From NCBI RefSeq assembly GCF_036321535.1, contig NC_087472.1:93808001-93872000 (forward strand): 64,000 nucleotides of DNA. The letters are read 5' to 3'. Under the pieces are notes generated by a model. The model did no database searches. It worked only from the letters and a program-made list of their open reading frames with translations, and was not told the DNA's origin. The stretch is from Camelus dromedarius (Eukaryota). Numbering within the stretch: the stretch's first letter is position 1; every line of letters begins with the position of its first letter. Made by a program: the position numbers and the translations under genes. Below are positions 39,294 to 54,134 of this stretch, piece by piece.

Positions 39294-40099
39294 TGGGGCT
39301 CAGTGAGAGAGAGATTGAGAGAGAAAGAGGCACTGAAAACAGGCTTATTTTTTTTTTCCCACTTTGCCTGGAATCATTTCTGTTCACTCCTTGTCAGAAC
39401 AGGGAAGTTGAAATTCCAGGCCTCCCCAGACCAATTACTATTTTAACTCAACTCAAAGAAAGCAGGAGGTTATGTCCTATACATCGTTCTTGCAACTTTT
39501 CAGGAAAGGGAGGGTAGAAGATCTGGGAAAACAAAGCTAGCTCTTGTTCACTGTTACTTCCAGGAATTTAAGGGCGAGGAAAGAACACAGAATGTATCAT
39601 CCTCCTTTCTAAGAGTTACTTACTTTCTACTTGTCCTAGGGAGTAACTGCAGGCAGCAGATGAAAGAAAAGGGCAGCAGTTCTCAACTTGGCCATGCACA
39701 ACCTATGAAACACGTAAGTTTATCTTATCTGCTCATATACTGATAGAGTTTGGCCAGAGTTAAACAGGAGCAAACCTAAAAAAGAAAGAAAAGCAACGCT
39801 GTGAGAAGAGAAGAGAAGTGCGGGAGGTAAAATTAATGTCACTTGTCAATTTTGCAGTGGTTCTTTTTTACTATGTGTTGACACCTCTTTCTTTAGTCTT
39901 GAGAGTTACCTTGAGCTTATATGATGGAACAGCTCTCTGCCATGAAAATATTCAATTCATCATTTCTAAAGTCCCTCCAAACACTCACTGCAGAGCATCT
40001 CTGTGTCACATCTACATAAATAGAATAAAAGTTTAAATAATCATTGTATCATACCACAGTCCAATTATTGTGATACTGCGTCTTATAAGTACTTTAACC

Positions 40100-40790
40100 T
40101 CAACATCAGTTTGTCCAAACTAAACTAATCTTTTCCCCATAAACTCGCCCTTCTTTCTAATTGAAAGACATCACCATCCACCAAGTTGGTAATTATTTTT
40201 TATTGTGTCTCCACTTGCCCTGATTGCCCTCATTCTGATCAATCAGGAAGTTTATGTTAATTAACATCTTTAAATGTCTCTTGAATTTATGAATTTCTCC
40301 TTACTTACCCTCACTGCTGAAATTGTAATCCAGATCACAGCCATCTCTCACTAAGATTTCTGCAACATTCTTTATTAAGATGCCTGGCTTGCTTTCCTTC
40401 TCCATTCTCCACACAATTGTGTAGATAAGATACTGTCATGTTCATCTTTTCAAGTTTACTTAGTTTACATGATTTTCATGACCTAGTACCTACTTTTCTT
40501 TACAGCTGTGATCCCTTCTCTTGCCCACTTGCCACCCTCCTATACACACATCTGTAATTCCAATTATACTTCAAGATACAATTTAATCATTATTTTCTCT
40601 GGGAAGACTTTCCTGATGTGTCTAGGTTGTCTTGTGTGCCCTGTAATGTACTTACATTACAGGTGTTTAACTGTCTCCCTTTCAAGGCTGAAGATTCAAG
40701 AGGGGCTAAGGGTAAGCAGTCTTCTTAGCATTTACCTTTGAGTCACCAACAAATTTCCTGGCTCATAAGACTCATTCAGTTCTCACTGGA
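40100..40790 (+). mobile_element. Decayed L2 fragment
   Basis: gacatcaccatccaccaagtt; attctccacacaa; ttctctgggaagactttcctga. Confidence 0.6.
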
Positions 40791-41019
40791 TACTCGACGT
40801 AACTTCATTTAACTTTCATAAATGAAAGTTCCAGTTTTAAATGTCTAATCATTGACAGTGCGTCGGTTTGCATTTAAACACTACTATAATTAATGTTGTT
40901 AGTTGAGCATGAAATTCATTCTCTGGTATTTTCAGCTCTTGTGTGGCAAAATTTAGGTGCACACATATTTAAAATTTTATTTCCCAGGTCCAGTCTCAAA
41001 AGAGAAGACTCATTATTAT

Positions 41020-41140
41020 TCCAATCACATCACAAAGGAAACTGAGGCAAAAAGAGGAGTTAGGTGACTTACCCAAGTGACACACTGACAATCCAAAATA
41101 AATCCAGGACTAATCCTCTGAATAGTCTGAGTCTAATATG
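41020..41140 (-). mobile_element. MIR SINE
   Basis: acaaaggaaactgaggcaaaaagaggagttaggtgacttacccaag. Confidence 0.75.
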
Positions 41141-42039
41141 ATTGTTTAGCTCCTGAGCTGTACTCTTTAACATTCATGGGGGAAAATGTATTTTGCAAAA
41201 CTGTTAGACCCTTGAAGATGAGTGTTATTTTTGTTTATAAGAGATAGGTAAATATCTTCAAATATAAATTGGCTCTAGGTTGGAAACATCTAGCAAACTT
41301 TAGAAATTTTGAAAAGTGAATTAGTAACTAAAGAAACTATACGGGATCTGGGAAACGACTTTGGTGATCAAAGTATCATTGTAGGAAATTTCACAACTCA
41401 GGGTAAAGTACTTACTCCTGAGGGCAGTGAGTGTCCTGACCCTAGCGTTTTCAGCAATTTAAAGTCCTTTTGTTTAAGTAGTAACACATGAAGAGGTTGA
41501 GACTGCACGGATTGACTCCACTCTGGACTCAAGCTGTAAGTGAAAACAAGCAGCTTGACGTATTTTCACAAGAAAACCAATTAACAGCAAAGGTATTGAG
41601 AAAGGGCAAGATTACATGGAGAAGCATGGGCCCCTGGGGAGGCCCCTCTTAAACAGCCCTCATCATCTAACTCCAAAACAACGCCCCTGAGACCAGCCCG
41701 CCTCCAAAGCTTCCCAGGCTGGGAGCCACTCCTGGGGTCCCTTTCTCTGAAGTTTTCCTTTGCTGCCTTCATGTCATATAGTCCCTGGGCCAGGGCCGTG
41801 GGTAGAGGGACTTCCTGTCTCTAATGTAGCTCCTTCAGGTCTCTTAAATAGCTCACTCTTTTCTTAGGTCAAATGCATCCAGGCCTTGATAAATTTGTAT
41901 TCAATACTCAGTTAACAATAACAAAAAGCCTTCAGTTTCTTGGACCCATTCCCCTTAAAAGGGAGTGAAGTGTGTTAAAGAACACTTTGCTGTTGTTTTT
42001 CAGCTATAAGAATTGTAAATGAACCAACGTGTTTAAGTA

Positions 42040-42250
42040 ATAACTTCACCAGGCACCGGTTTAAGTGTTCTACACTTGTTATCTCTTTTAATCCCATAAC
42101 AACCAAATGAGGTAGGGGATGGTTCCACTTTAAAGATGCAGAAGTTGAGACCCAGACATAATAGGTATCTTGTCCTCATCCCATGACCTGACAGAGCCTG
42201 TTTCAACTTGAGGTATCTGTTTTTGTGTTTGAGCTCTTAACCACCAGGTC
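42040..42250 (-). mobile_element. MIR SINE
   Basis: ccaggcaccggtttaagtgttctacacttgttatctcttttaatcccataacaaccaaatgaggtagg. Confidence 0.75.
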
Positions 42251-43599
42251 TGTTTCCTCTCACTTACAGACTGGATATATGTGAACATATGGGTGAAATA
42301 TAAATATGGATGAAGATGTAGCTATAGATCAGTATAGCTATATGTCACTATATCTATAGCTTTTGAATATAAAATAAATTGTAAATATATGGCATTGTAC
42401 TTTTTTCAATGTGCTCCTTTATTTTCTTTGTGAGTTTTCTTATTTCAGTAACTTATTTCACTCACTAGGTTTCTTCCTTTCTTTCCTTGAACTATTTTCT
42501 TTGGGGATAATTGCTTATTGTACCATGAGCAACTGACACTTCCCTAAAATAACTGAAAAGACCTGAGGGACAGATTTATAGTCAGAGGCCTTAGGTGTTA
42601 AAATACCCTTGGGACTCCAATTGAGCCTGAACATTAGAGCCCTAGGGAATGGATATGCCTTATCATTTTTCTTTGCTTTCTTTTGCTGATTATTCTTAAT
42701 AAATGACAAAGACTCCTGTAAGTATGTGCCCAGAGCAACCTCAAGAATACTGCACAAAAAAAAAAAAAAAAGGCGTATTCCTCCTCTCATTTCTTCCTTC
42801 ATTGTTGAGTTAAAGTGAAACACAGGTTTATATTGCTGAAGGCAACATAAGTACATAGCACATGGAGATTGGATAATTAGGTATGCATAATTTTAGAATA
42901 ATGGAGGATTCCTTTAAAAATACTTAGAATTCCTATATATTAGAGTGATGTTTCTCTTTGAGATATGCAACTAGAGTTAGTTTTTGTGAAGAGAGAAAAT
43001 GCAATGCCAAAAAAGACAGATTAACAGCCTGTTACAAAGGAAATCACAAATGCAATGGTGGGGTCAGTTCTGTGTGGCCTGCAGAAGACTGGCACTTACC
43101 TTCAGATGAAAGAGAGCTCAACATATATGAACCCTCGTTCTTGCCTGTGTCACTGAACAGAGCTCTAATAGGGAGAAATTAAAACAGGAAGACTTATTTG
43201 AGAGAAAAGACAAAGTGCCCCATTGGTACAAGTTGAATGATATTAGAAAATATTATATATGAAAGTTATCTCTTTACCTGGAGGTCTTTAAAATTATAGC
43301 AAAAGGAATAGCTGCTCAGGCTAACAGCCATTTAAGTAATCCAAGTCTAGCTGTCAATGGCATGTGTTTGTATGTGTGGGAAAGAGGAGAAAGGTATCAA
43401 TTAGATAATCTAAGGTAGAAAATTGCAAAAGGGGTTCTCCATATACAACTGCATTAAAAGAGTTATAGCTGGAGAAATTAATGGCAGGCTTCATAATGTA
43501 ATTAGTACAAAGAATGATCCTACTGAATAATGAAAAAGACAAATGGCTATAAAACCTATGTTTACAAAGATATTTTAAAAGTCCAGAGTGAAAAGAAAG

Positions 43600-43975
43600 A
43601 GTAAGCCAGAAAGAGAAAGAAAAATACCATATGAGATCGCTCATCTGTGGAATCTAAAAAAAAAAAAAAAAAAAGCATAAATACAGAATAGAAATAGACT
43701 CATAGACATAGAATACAGACTTGTGGTTGCCAAGGGGGTGAGGGGTGGGACGAGATAGACTGGGATTTCAAAATTGTAGAATAGATAAACAAGATTATAC
43801 TGTATAGCACAGGGAAATATATACAAGATCTTATGGTAGCTCACAGAGAAAGGAATGTGACAATATATATATATGTTTATGTATAATTGAAAAATTGTGC
43901 TCTACACTGGAATTTGACACAACACTGTAAAATGATTATAAATCAATAAAAAATGTTAAAAAATACAGAAAGAAA
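43600..43975 (+). mobile_element. Young L1 3'UTR fragment with A-rich tail
   Basis: gtaagccagaaagagaaagaaaaataccatatgagatcgctc...ctgtatagcacagggaaatatatacaag...aatcaataaaaaatgttaaaaa; related to the L1 at 62571-63637. Confidence 0.9.
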
Positions 43976-44394
43976 AAAAAGACATGGAAAGAGGAAAAAG
44001 GGGCAAAAAGTGAAAAAGTAAGATATTGCTGAAGGGAAACTGGTGTTTCAATTGGAGCTTAACACAGACACATGAGAAAAAAGGAGAATTAAATTTAAAG
44101 TTAGTTTATCTCTCTTTAGAGCAAAAATAATAAATAAGATGAGACTGTTTCTATTTAGGGGGCAAATGCTTTAAGGGAGAGAGATGACCAAGTAGAAGCA
44201 CTTGATATAAATGTCCTCTATGATTTCCATTAAGGAGAGAAAGAGAGGGGGAGGGTTAGGAAGGAGGATATAGAGACATATATTTGCTTGTTCCAAAACA
44301 CTTAGGATTCTAACTTGATGATTGTATACCACAGATAGATAACATAGCTTCAGTGTTCGTTTTTAAAAAGGGAAAAGAGAATGGTGACCTGCTG

Positions 44395-44520
44395 TGCAGC
44401 AAAGAGCTTAAGTGCACAGATTCTTGAGTCTGGCTACTGGGTTCAAATCTAAACTCTGAATGTTTACTTACTCACTATGGAAACTTGGGCAAGTTTATTA
44501 ACCTCATTGTTCTCATGCAG
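44395..44520 (+). mobile_element. MIR SINE
   Basis: ctgggttcaaatctaaactctg...aacttgggcaagtttattaacctc. Confidence 0.7.
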
Positions 44521-44854
44521 AAGGAAGTTTAGGAAGGAACTTGAAAAAAATTTGATTAATGAAACCAGATAATAAATTAACAGATTTTAATAAAGTGGGA
44601 ACTTAATTCTTTTTATAATGAAATATTCCCACCTAGAAATGAAAATCGTTCAATATAATAGATGGAGACATAAATTGATAGGTGGATAGATAGATAGGCA
44701 GGGATTTATATAATTTATATTTATATATAAATATACTCCTTATATTTATATTTATATATAAATCTCTGCCTGTCTATCCATCATCCATCTCTTGCTGCAG
44801 GTACAACTGTTTATTTAAAATTGAGAAATAACAAGTCTAGAGATTGAGCACCAG

Positions 44855-45020
44855 GCATCAGTGACCTTGAAGAAATTACTTGTTTTTGATTTACCCCCAT
44901 TTCTGTATCAGTAGAGTGAAACTTCTTTAATGATACCTGCCTTATGAGGAATAAGTGAGAGCATCTATGGAGTACTTAGAGTGTGGTCTGCCACACAGCA
45001 AACACTGGCAATTGTTAAAA
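44855..45020 (+). mobile_element. MIR SINE
   Basis: gtgaccttgaagaaattactt...atacctgccttatgaggaataagtgagag...cacacagcaaacact. Confidence 0.65.
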
Positions 45021-47041
45021 GATGGTTAATGAGTGAATCTTCATATTGTGTGTCTGCTCTATACCAGGCCCTTTTCTAGACCCTAGAAACATGACAGTGG
45101 ATGTAACAAACGTTTTTGCCCCCTTTTTAGGGTAATCAGTGTTACTGGTAAAGTTATAAATGTGATTCTTGTTTTGAGAGTCTGTTTGACTGTTTTAAGA
45201 TGGAAAACACTTGAACGTATTTCATTGAAGGGGCAAAATAAATTATTTCTAGGCAGAGTTTAAAGACAAGTCACAGAAGGAATAATTTATGGCATAAGAG
45301 GTTTCAGGAAGCCAGAAAGGGTGTGATATGTAAAGTACAGGTTAAGAGGTTATTTGTGAAGAAAAGAAGGCTCACTCCCTTTAATGAGAGGGAAAGGGGA
45401 AAGGTAGAAGTTGCTAAACGTATTGATAAGATTGTTTAAAAATGGAGGGTGAGCCTTGGGTTGGTGTCTATTCTCTTGGTGAAGTATTAGATGAGATCTT
45501 TTGCTGAAAGATAATTGGGGTAGAATGGAAGAGCTGAGAAGAAAATATTGATAGTTAGACTATCAAATGTAGAAAAGAGGGAGAGTTGAGTATGAACTTC
45601 TAGAAGAGCTAAAACACAAACCTGCTGACAGGCAATGACATCTCAGTGAAGATCCACCTAATGAGAATTTTTCTTACAATTGTTGACCATGTCTCTGTGG
45701 CACATAGAAGGAGTGATCTTTACATATTCTTTCATGTGCCCATTCGTCAAATATTCACTGAACATCTGTTGATCTTTTAGGCAATACAATACAGAGGAGG
45801 ATAAGACTGGCCAGGACCTATACTGACCTTTGGTGGGGTTGGGGATTAGAGTGGGAATAGAATGAAACAATAAAAGTAAACAAATGATGTGATAATTGTA
45901 GATTGTGAAAATTCTGAGAAACTAAAATAGAGCGATATTAGAGAACATGAGCAGAGAAAGGGGTGTTTTCTTATAAGGAACTGTAAACAAAAGCTTGATA
46001 TTTTTCTGAATGATTTTATCATGTAATTCAAAAATACATTCCTACACCACCATGCCAGCTCTCCTGCCTAAGAAAGTGATAGCAGATGACCTAGTAGTAA
46101 TAAAACACAAAAGGGTATTTTTCAGGAGGAATGAATCAGATCTTCACATTTCAAGTAGTAGTACATCCAAAATCAAGATTAGTCAAGATGTTTAAGATTT
46201 TCCCTTACTTATCATGAAAACACTTTTTTCCTGCTTCTGACTCAATCCAATTATCTCATCAAAAATCAAATATATTATATTAAAGACATGCCTTTAAATG
46301 TTAATGGAATTAAGGCAAAAATGTTAAGTTGAACTCAACTGCTGCCTAAAAAATGAAAATTTGTATTTTATGAGATAAATGTATATAGTGCTATAATGAA
46401 GAAATGAAGGTGATTCCTATCTCTAAGCAAAAATTGAGCAGCTTTTAACTCCAACTTACACTCATTGCTATTATTTATATAACATGGTTGTAGTATGATT
46501 GGTAAGTAGACAGCTAATGTTATTCCTGGAGATCTAGGTAGAAACAGAAAATAATAGGGTCTATCAGGATAGAGAAGAAGAGGAGGTCTATGAATTACAG
46601 AATTTAAAACAAAGCTCAAAAAGAGTCAAGAAGTAACTACTGAAACAGAAGAAAAAGAGGAAGAGCCTGGCACTGATGGTCAAAGTCTAAAATTTACATT
46701 AGGCCAAGAGAACAACTTGTCCCCTTTTCCCCCTCCTTTAAATCAATGCTGTATGAGCAAAAGATTTTGGAGCTTCCAAGGAAGCCAAGCACATAATGTA
46801 GAATGTGCTAAGCTAATAGAAACTGCCTGTGGATCCAAGAAGGTATTTTACATGGTCCTTAGCGCTGAGCATTGAGAAGGTAACAGCCAGAACTGCTACA
46901 AGGCACACACAACGGGATGATGTTTTCAGCTGAAAAATAAAAAGTTGTAAATATCCACACATTCTAACATTCTATAAATAGGGTGATCACACATCTCTCT
47001 TTGCTCCATAAAATTCTGCGTGATATCTTTTTATCCAGGCT

Positions 47042-47225
47042 TGTGGAAGATTGCATTAACATCCTCAATTCTTCATCCTTTTTACCCACATCCTTTGCTT
47101 TACAATTTTGCTATGATCTCTACTCTAGGTGGGGCATGCTTTCCCATTCCCTAACTCAACAGTCAGCTGTGGACTTGCTTTGAACAAGATGTGATCCAAA
47201 CAGAAGCTTGAAATGAGCTGGAAGT
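47042..47225 (+). mobile_element. MLT1G/H-like LTR 5' fragment
   Basis: tgtggaagattgcattaacatcctcaattcttcatcc...ctgtggacttgctttg...cagaagcttgaaa. Confidence 0.55.
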
Positions 47226-47681
47226 TCTAATATAAGAAAATTAGGGTTTTTTCAATACCTGCTTGTTGATAGGAAAGCTGTAATTTCTACCTGAGATTTA
47301 ACCCACGGTTGGCAAAGGAATGTTTGACAGCACATGGAGGAGAACATAAGGAGAAATAAGGAGAACACTTATTTCAGTAAAATAAGTGTTTCATGCAATT
47401 AAAACCCTAAATCAGGGAAATATTGCTTCCTTGGTCACCATCAATAAAAAAAAACTATCTAAAAGAGTGGAATAAGGGCAGCAGAGGAAATGTAGGAGAT
47501 GTGTCTTGTAAATTAGAAATATCTCCTGTTAAAACTATTCTGTAAGAGGACTGGAAATACATTTCAAATTCACTGTTTTATCCCCAGTACTTGGTACAGG
47601 CCCTGTATATAGGGATTTGCTCAATAACCACATGACGAACAAATAAATGCATTATTGGAAATCATCTTGAAAACAATGTAT

Positions 47682-48380
47682 ATTCATTTATGTATTTATT
47701 CAATAAATTATTGTTGAGAAACTACTATGTATCATGCCCTATAGCAGGTGCTACGCAAACAGCAGTGAGAAGAATAAACAGATGAATCATAACGCTCATA
47801 TAGCTGATAGTCTGGTTGCAAAAAATGGAATAAACAAAATACAAAATAGTGAGATGATGCTGAGTGCTATGGAGAAAGGATACACCAAAGAAAAACGATG
47901 GATGGAAGTTCTAAAGGAGTAGTTAGGAAAGCTCTCACTAGAAAAAAAAAAGGGCATTTGAATACATTTTTGAATGAGGTTAAGGTATGAGCCATGAAGA
48001 TACTGAGAAACAGTGTTCTAGGAAGAAGAAAGGACAGGTGCAAAGGCCCTGAAACAGGACTGTGCCTGATGTGCTTCAGACATAGCAAGGTGGCTAGTGT
48101 GGCTGGAGCAGAATAAAGGAGAGAGAGATTACCAAATGAAGAGCTCACATACGTCAAGGGGGCCAGGTCTTGTTGAGCCTTGTAAAGCATAGTTAGAACC
48201 TTGGCTTTTATGCTGAGCAAGGTGGAAACACATTGATTTGGTGCAGAATAGTGGGAGGATGTGACATGTTTTAAATGAATCCTTTCTGGCTATTGTGTTG
48301 AGAATATACTAGTTGGGGGAAAAGACAGAAGTAGGGGAGAAGACTACTACATATTTCCAAATCAGATAATAGTGGCCAAA
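47682..48380 (-). mobile_element. L2 LINE 3' end (antisense)
   Basis: attcatttatgtatttattcaataaattattgttgag...caggtgcaaaggccctga...agcaaggtggctagtgtggctggagcaga. Confidence 0.88.
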
Positions 48381-48867
48381 AAAGGGAACATTCTGCTAAA
48401 TAAGCTACATGGAGAACTTGTAGAGAACATGCATGTGTGTTTATCACTAATGATGTTGAAGTTGACAATTTTAGAGTAGATACATTTGAATAATTGTATT
48501 TTAATACTATTTCATAAAATTGAGAATAACCATGCTCTTCCCCATATGAAATATTCTCTCCTCTGATAGAACATTTAGATATCTAAATATTCTAAATGTA
48601 TACATGTGGTTTGAGTTACCTATATGTAAAATTTAGAAATTTATGACTCATTTCTTTATTATCTTGTAAAATAACTCTGAGAAATATAAAATTTAAGCCC
48701 TTAGTTGTCATACAATGTGGATGAGTTACAAGATCTTAATCTGAAACTATACTCAGGGCAGTCATCAAAAACCACTTCTTGCTACCCTAAGGCCATGGGG
48801 AAGAAGCATGAGAGATAAGCATCCAAAACAGAAGAGGAATCCTGAGTCTTAAAATTAAGTCTGTTCT

Positions 48868-48975
48868 GGGGAGCGGGGTGTAGCTCAGTGATAGAGTGCA
48901 TGCTTAGCATGCACAAGGTCCTGGGTTCAACCCCCTGTACCTCCATTAAAAACAAATAAATAAAAATAAAAAAGA
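48868..48975 (+). mobile_element. tRNA-derived SINE, camelid Vic-1 type
   Basis: ggggagcggggtgTAGCTCAGTGATagagtgcatgcttagcatgcacaaggtcctgGGTTCAACCCCctgtacctcc plus A-rich tail; Pol III A and B boxes; TSD core attaagtct at 48854-48862 and 48977-48985. Confidence 0.88.
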
Positions 48976-49154
48976 GATTAAGTCTATCCATTTTGATTTT
49001 GAACTGGCCTGAATGATTTTCCTTTCCTGCCCCCCCGCCCCAAATGGAGAAACATCAAATAGCAGTGACAGTTGGGAAAAAAATCACGTTGTTATATACA
49101 TCTGCTATAATAATTTATGCATAGCCCAAGAGAAAGCATTGCATACTGGGAACA

Positions 49155-49335
49155 GTAAAGTGGAGAGTTTGAACACTACAGGCCTACTTTCCAATCCTAG
49201 CATCATCACTTACTGCAGAGGTTTGAACCAAACATTTGATTCAGTCTTGGAGTTTCAAGTTTTTTTTCTCTCTAATATGGTAGTAATAATATCTTTCTCA
49301 GGCCGTAATTGTATGAGGAGTAAATAAAAAATAAA
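49155..49335 (+). mobile_element. MIR SINE (degenerate)
   Basis: aatcctagcatcatcacttact...gtaataatatctttctcaggccgtaattgtatgaggagtaaataa. Confidence 0.6.
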
Positions 49336-50484
49336 TAATGCCTATTAGAGGGACTTACAGCTCCTAGAATATGGCATTTGTCTATTCATACTACCTTGCT
49401 TTCTGTAAAACAATAAAACACTGAAAAAATAATAATCTTAAATGGGCAGAACAACTGAAGCAAAAAGGAGCATTGTTCTACTTCCCCAACCAAATAAGAC
49501 AGGAACTGAAAGAAGCTACTGCAGAAATAGCAATAAGAAATTTGGACTTGAGGCTCTTTTCAGCTGTAAAGAGATTCTAGTTAACCTAATTAAGATAAAG
49601 GGACCTTAATTGGCCTAAGGGAAACTCCCTGTGATAAAACTGTGAGAACACATAGATTTGTGCTGAACACCTCTCAGAGGATGGAACCTGAGGGCATATT
49701 CAGGCAATTGACAGTATTATAATTGATTCTGATAGAAACGTTAATATAACTACAGCAGAGGAAAAAAATTGGACCATTAGCATGCATGTCATTATTGTTA
49801 TTACATACTTGCATATTCTCTCTTTTTGAAATGACAGGAGTTTTTAACTAGTACATATGTCAATTTTTTGTATTAGCCATTTATTAATTCTTATGTTTAA
49901 GTATTATTTATAATTTATAAATGTTTCTAGAGCAGCAGTATCCTGGCATTGATTTGAATTTTCTCATGAAATGATTGTCATTTGCATTCAATTCCCCAAG
50001 AGCCCCAGCTGTACTGTCTCAGGGAATATTCTTGTAATATAATCTCCTGGAGGTTACACTGCAAAAGTGGTGTGTGGAGGAGTTTTTCTGCGCTCTACTT
50101 GAGAATTGTCACGCATCTCCAATGCTATGTAAAATGAAGTGATTGTTACTAATAGGACTCTTCAAGTCCTAATGTGCTTGATATGGCCCCATTCTCAGTT
50201 CTTCCTTTGCAATAATAGGGTTAATATTTCGGGGAAAAATTTTTTTAAAGAAAACTGCAGAAGTTGCTGCTACATCAAAAATCAACTTGGTTACTATTAA
50301 AATTATATTTAACAGAGTTGCCATATACAAGCTTCTATTTTTCCATTGGCTATATACACAGATGTGGATCTAAAGGAGGAAGTGCGTGACTTTCATCTTC
50401 TCTTGATAATTTTATGTTGATTACAAATTATATAGATGGAAGGAATGTGAAATAAAGTGTAATGAAGGCCAAGAAAAGAAGGGG

Positions 50485-50725
50485 ATAGCATAGTTCAATG
50501 GCTGAGAAAACCAATTTCGGAATCAGACATGTGTTCAGAGTTCCTCAGCTCATTAGCCATATGATCTTTGGCAATTTATTAAACTTCTCTAAGTTTGTTT
50601 CGTGATCATAAAGTACATTTAATACTCCTATTTCACTGGGTCATTATGAAATTTAAGTAAGAAAATATATAAATGTTCTGGTCACAATGTTTTGAACATA
50701 ATAAACACTCAAGTATTATATTTGA
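50485..50725 (+). mobile_element. MIR SINE
   Basis: ggaatcagacatgtgttcag...tagccatatgatctttggcaatttattaaacttctctaag. Confidence 0.7.
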
Positions 50726-51469
50726 TCAATTATGTTATTACCTTTCTCCATAATAATAATCAGTCAAGTATCATTACTTAGTTGTTATGGTTGTTATTAT
50801 TGCCATAATTATTAAGAAAAGATAAAACAATTGATCTGTGGTGTTTAATACTCATTCTTGGCTAATTTTAAGTCAGTTTCCCTCTGGCCCATTCCTTCCC
50901 TAAGAATAAGGAGTGTGGTTATAGACTGGGAAAATTTGAGGAAAAAATTTCCCCACTGTGCTAAAAGATAAGAGCTTTAGGCTGAGCTGAGCAGAATAAA
51001 GGAGTTGCCAACTCCCTCTTGGAACAGTATCCTCTCCCAAGGATGGATAAGTGAGTGATCCTGACATCGGCTAAGCCTTATGGAGAAAACCCACCTACAG
51101 ATCTCTAATTGTAGGTAACGGTCTACAGTTCACTTATTCCTGCTTCTTTTTTTGGAGAAAGGGGGTGGTGTGGGCGTTGGGTAAGCGTCTTTTCTCGACA
51201 CAGAGTGTTAAGTGTGGACTTGGTCAGAATATAAGAGATTAAGCTTTCTTTTGTCTAAGGTCCTAAGTTTCCATACCCACACACCTGATGAGTGAAAATG
51301 TTTCTAGGGGTCAAAACCTTTTATGGGAAGAACAGTGCTCTTTGGTCGAGCTCATTAGCCTCCATTTCTAAGCTTGGCAGCAGCTCACCTGAACAAGTAT
51401 AGAATGTTCCTTTTGGGTAGAATCCTGGGGGTATCATTAGAATCTTGACATAATTGAGGTTTTCTTAGA

Positions 51470-54134
<2,665 letters not shown>

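Noticed and set aside
42319..42361. Short inverted repeat agctatagat...atctatagct
   Set aside because: 10-bp arms in low-complexity TA-rich sequence; compatible with chance or slippage.
48868..48946. tRNA gene
   Set aside because: Has an A-rich tail and TSD and a degenerate acceptor stem: a tRNA-derived SINE.
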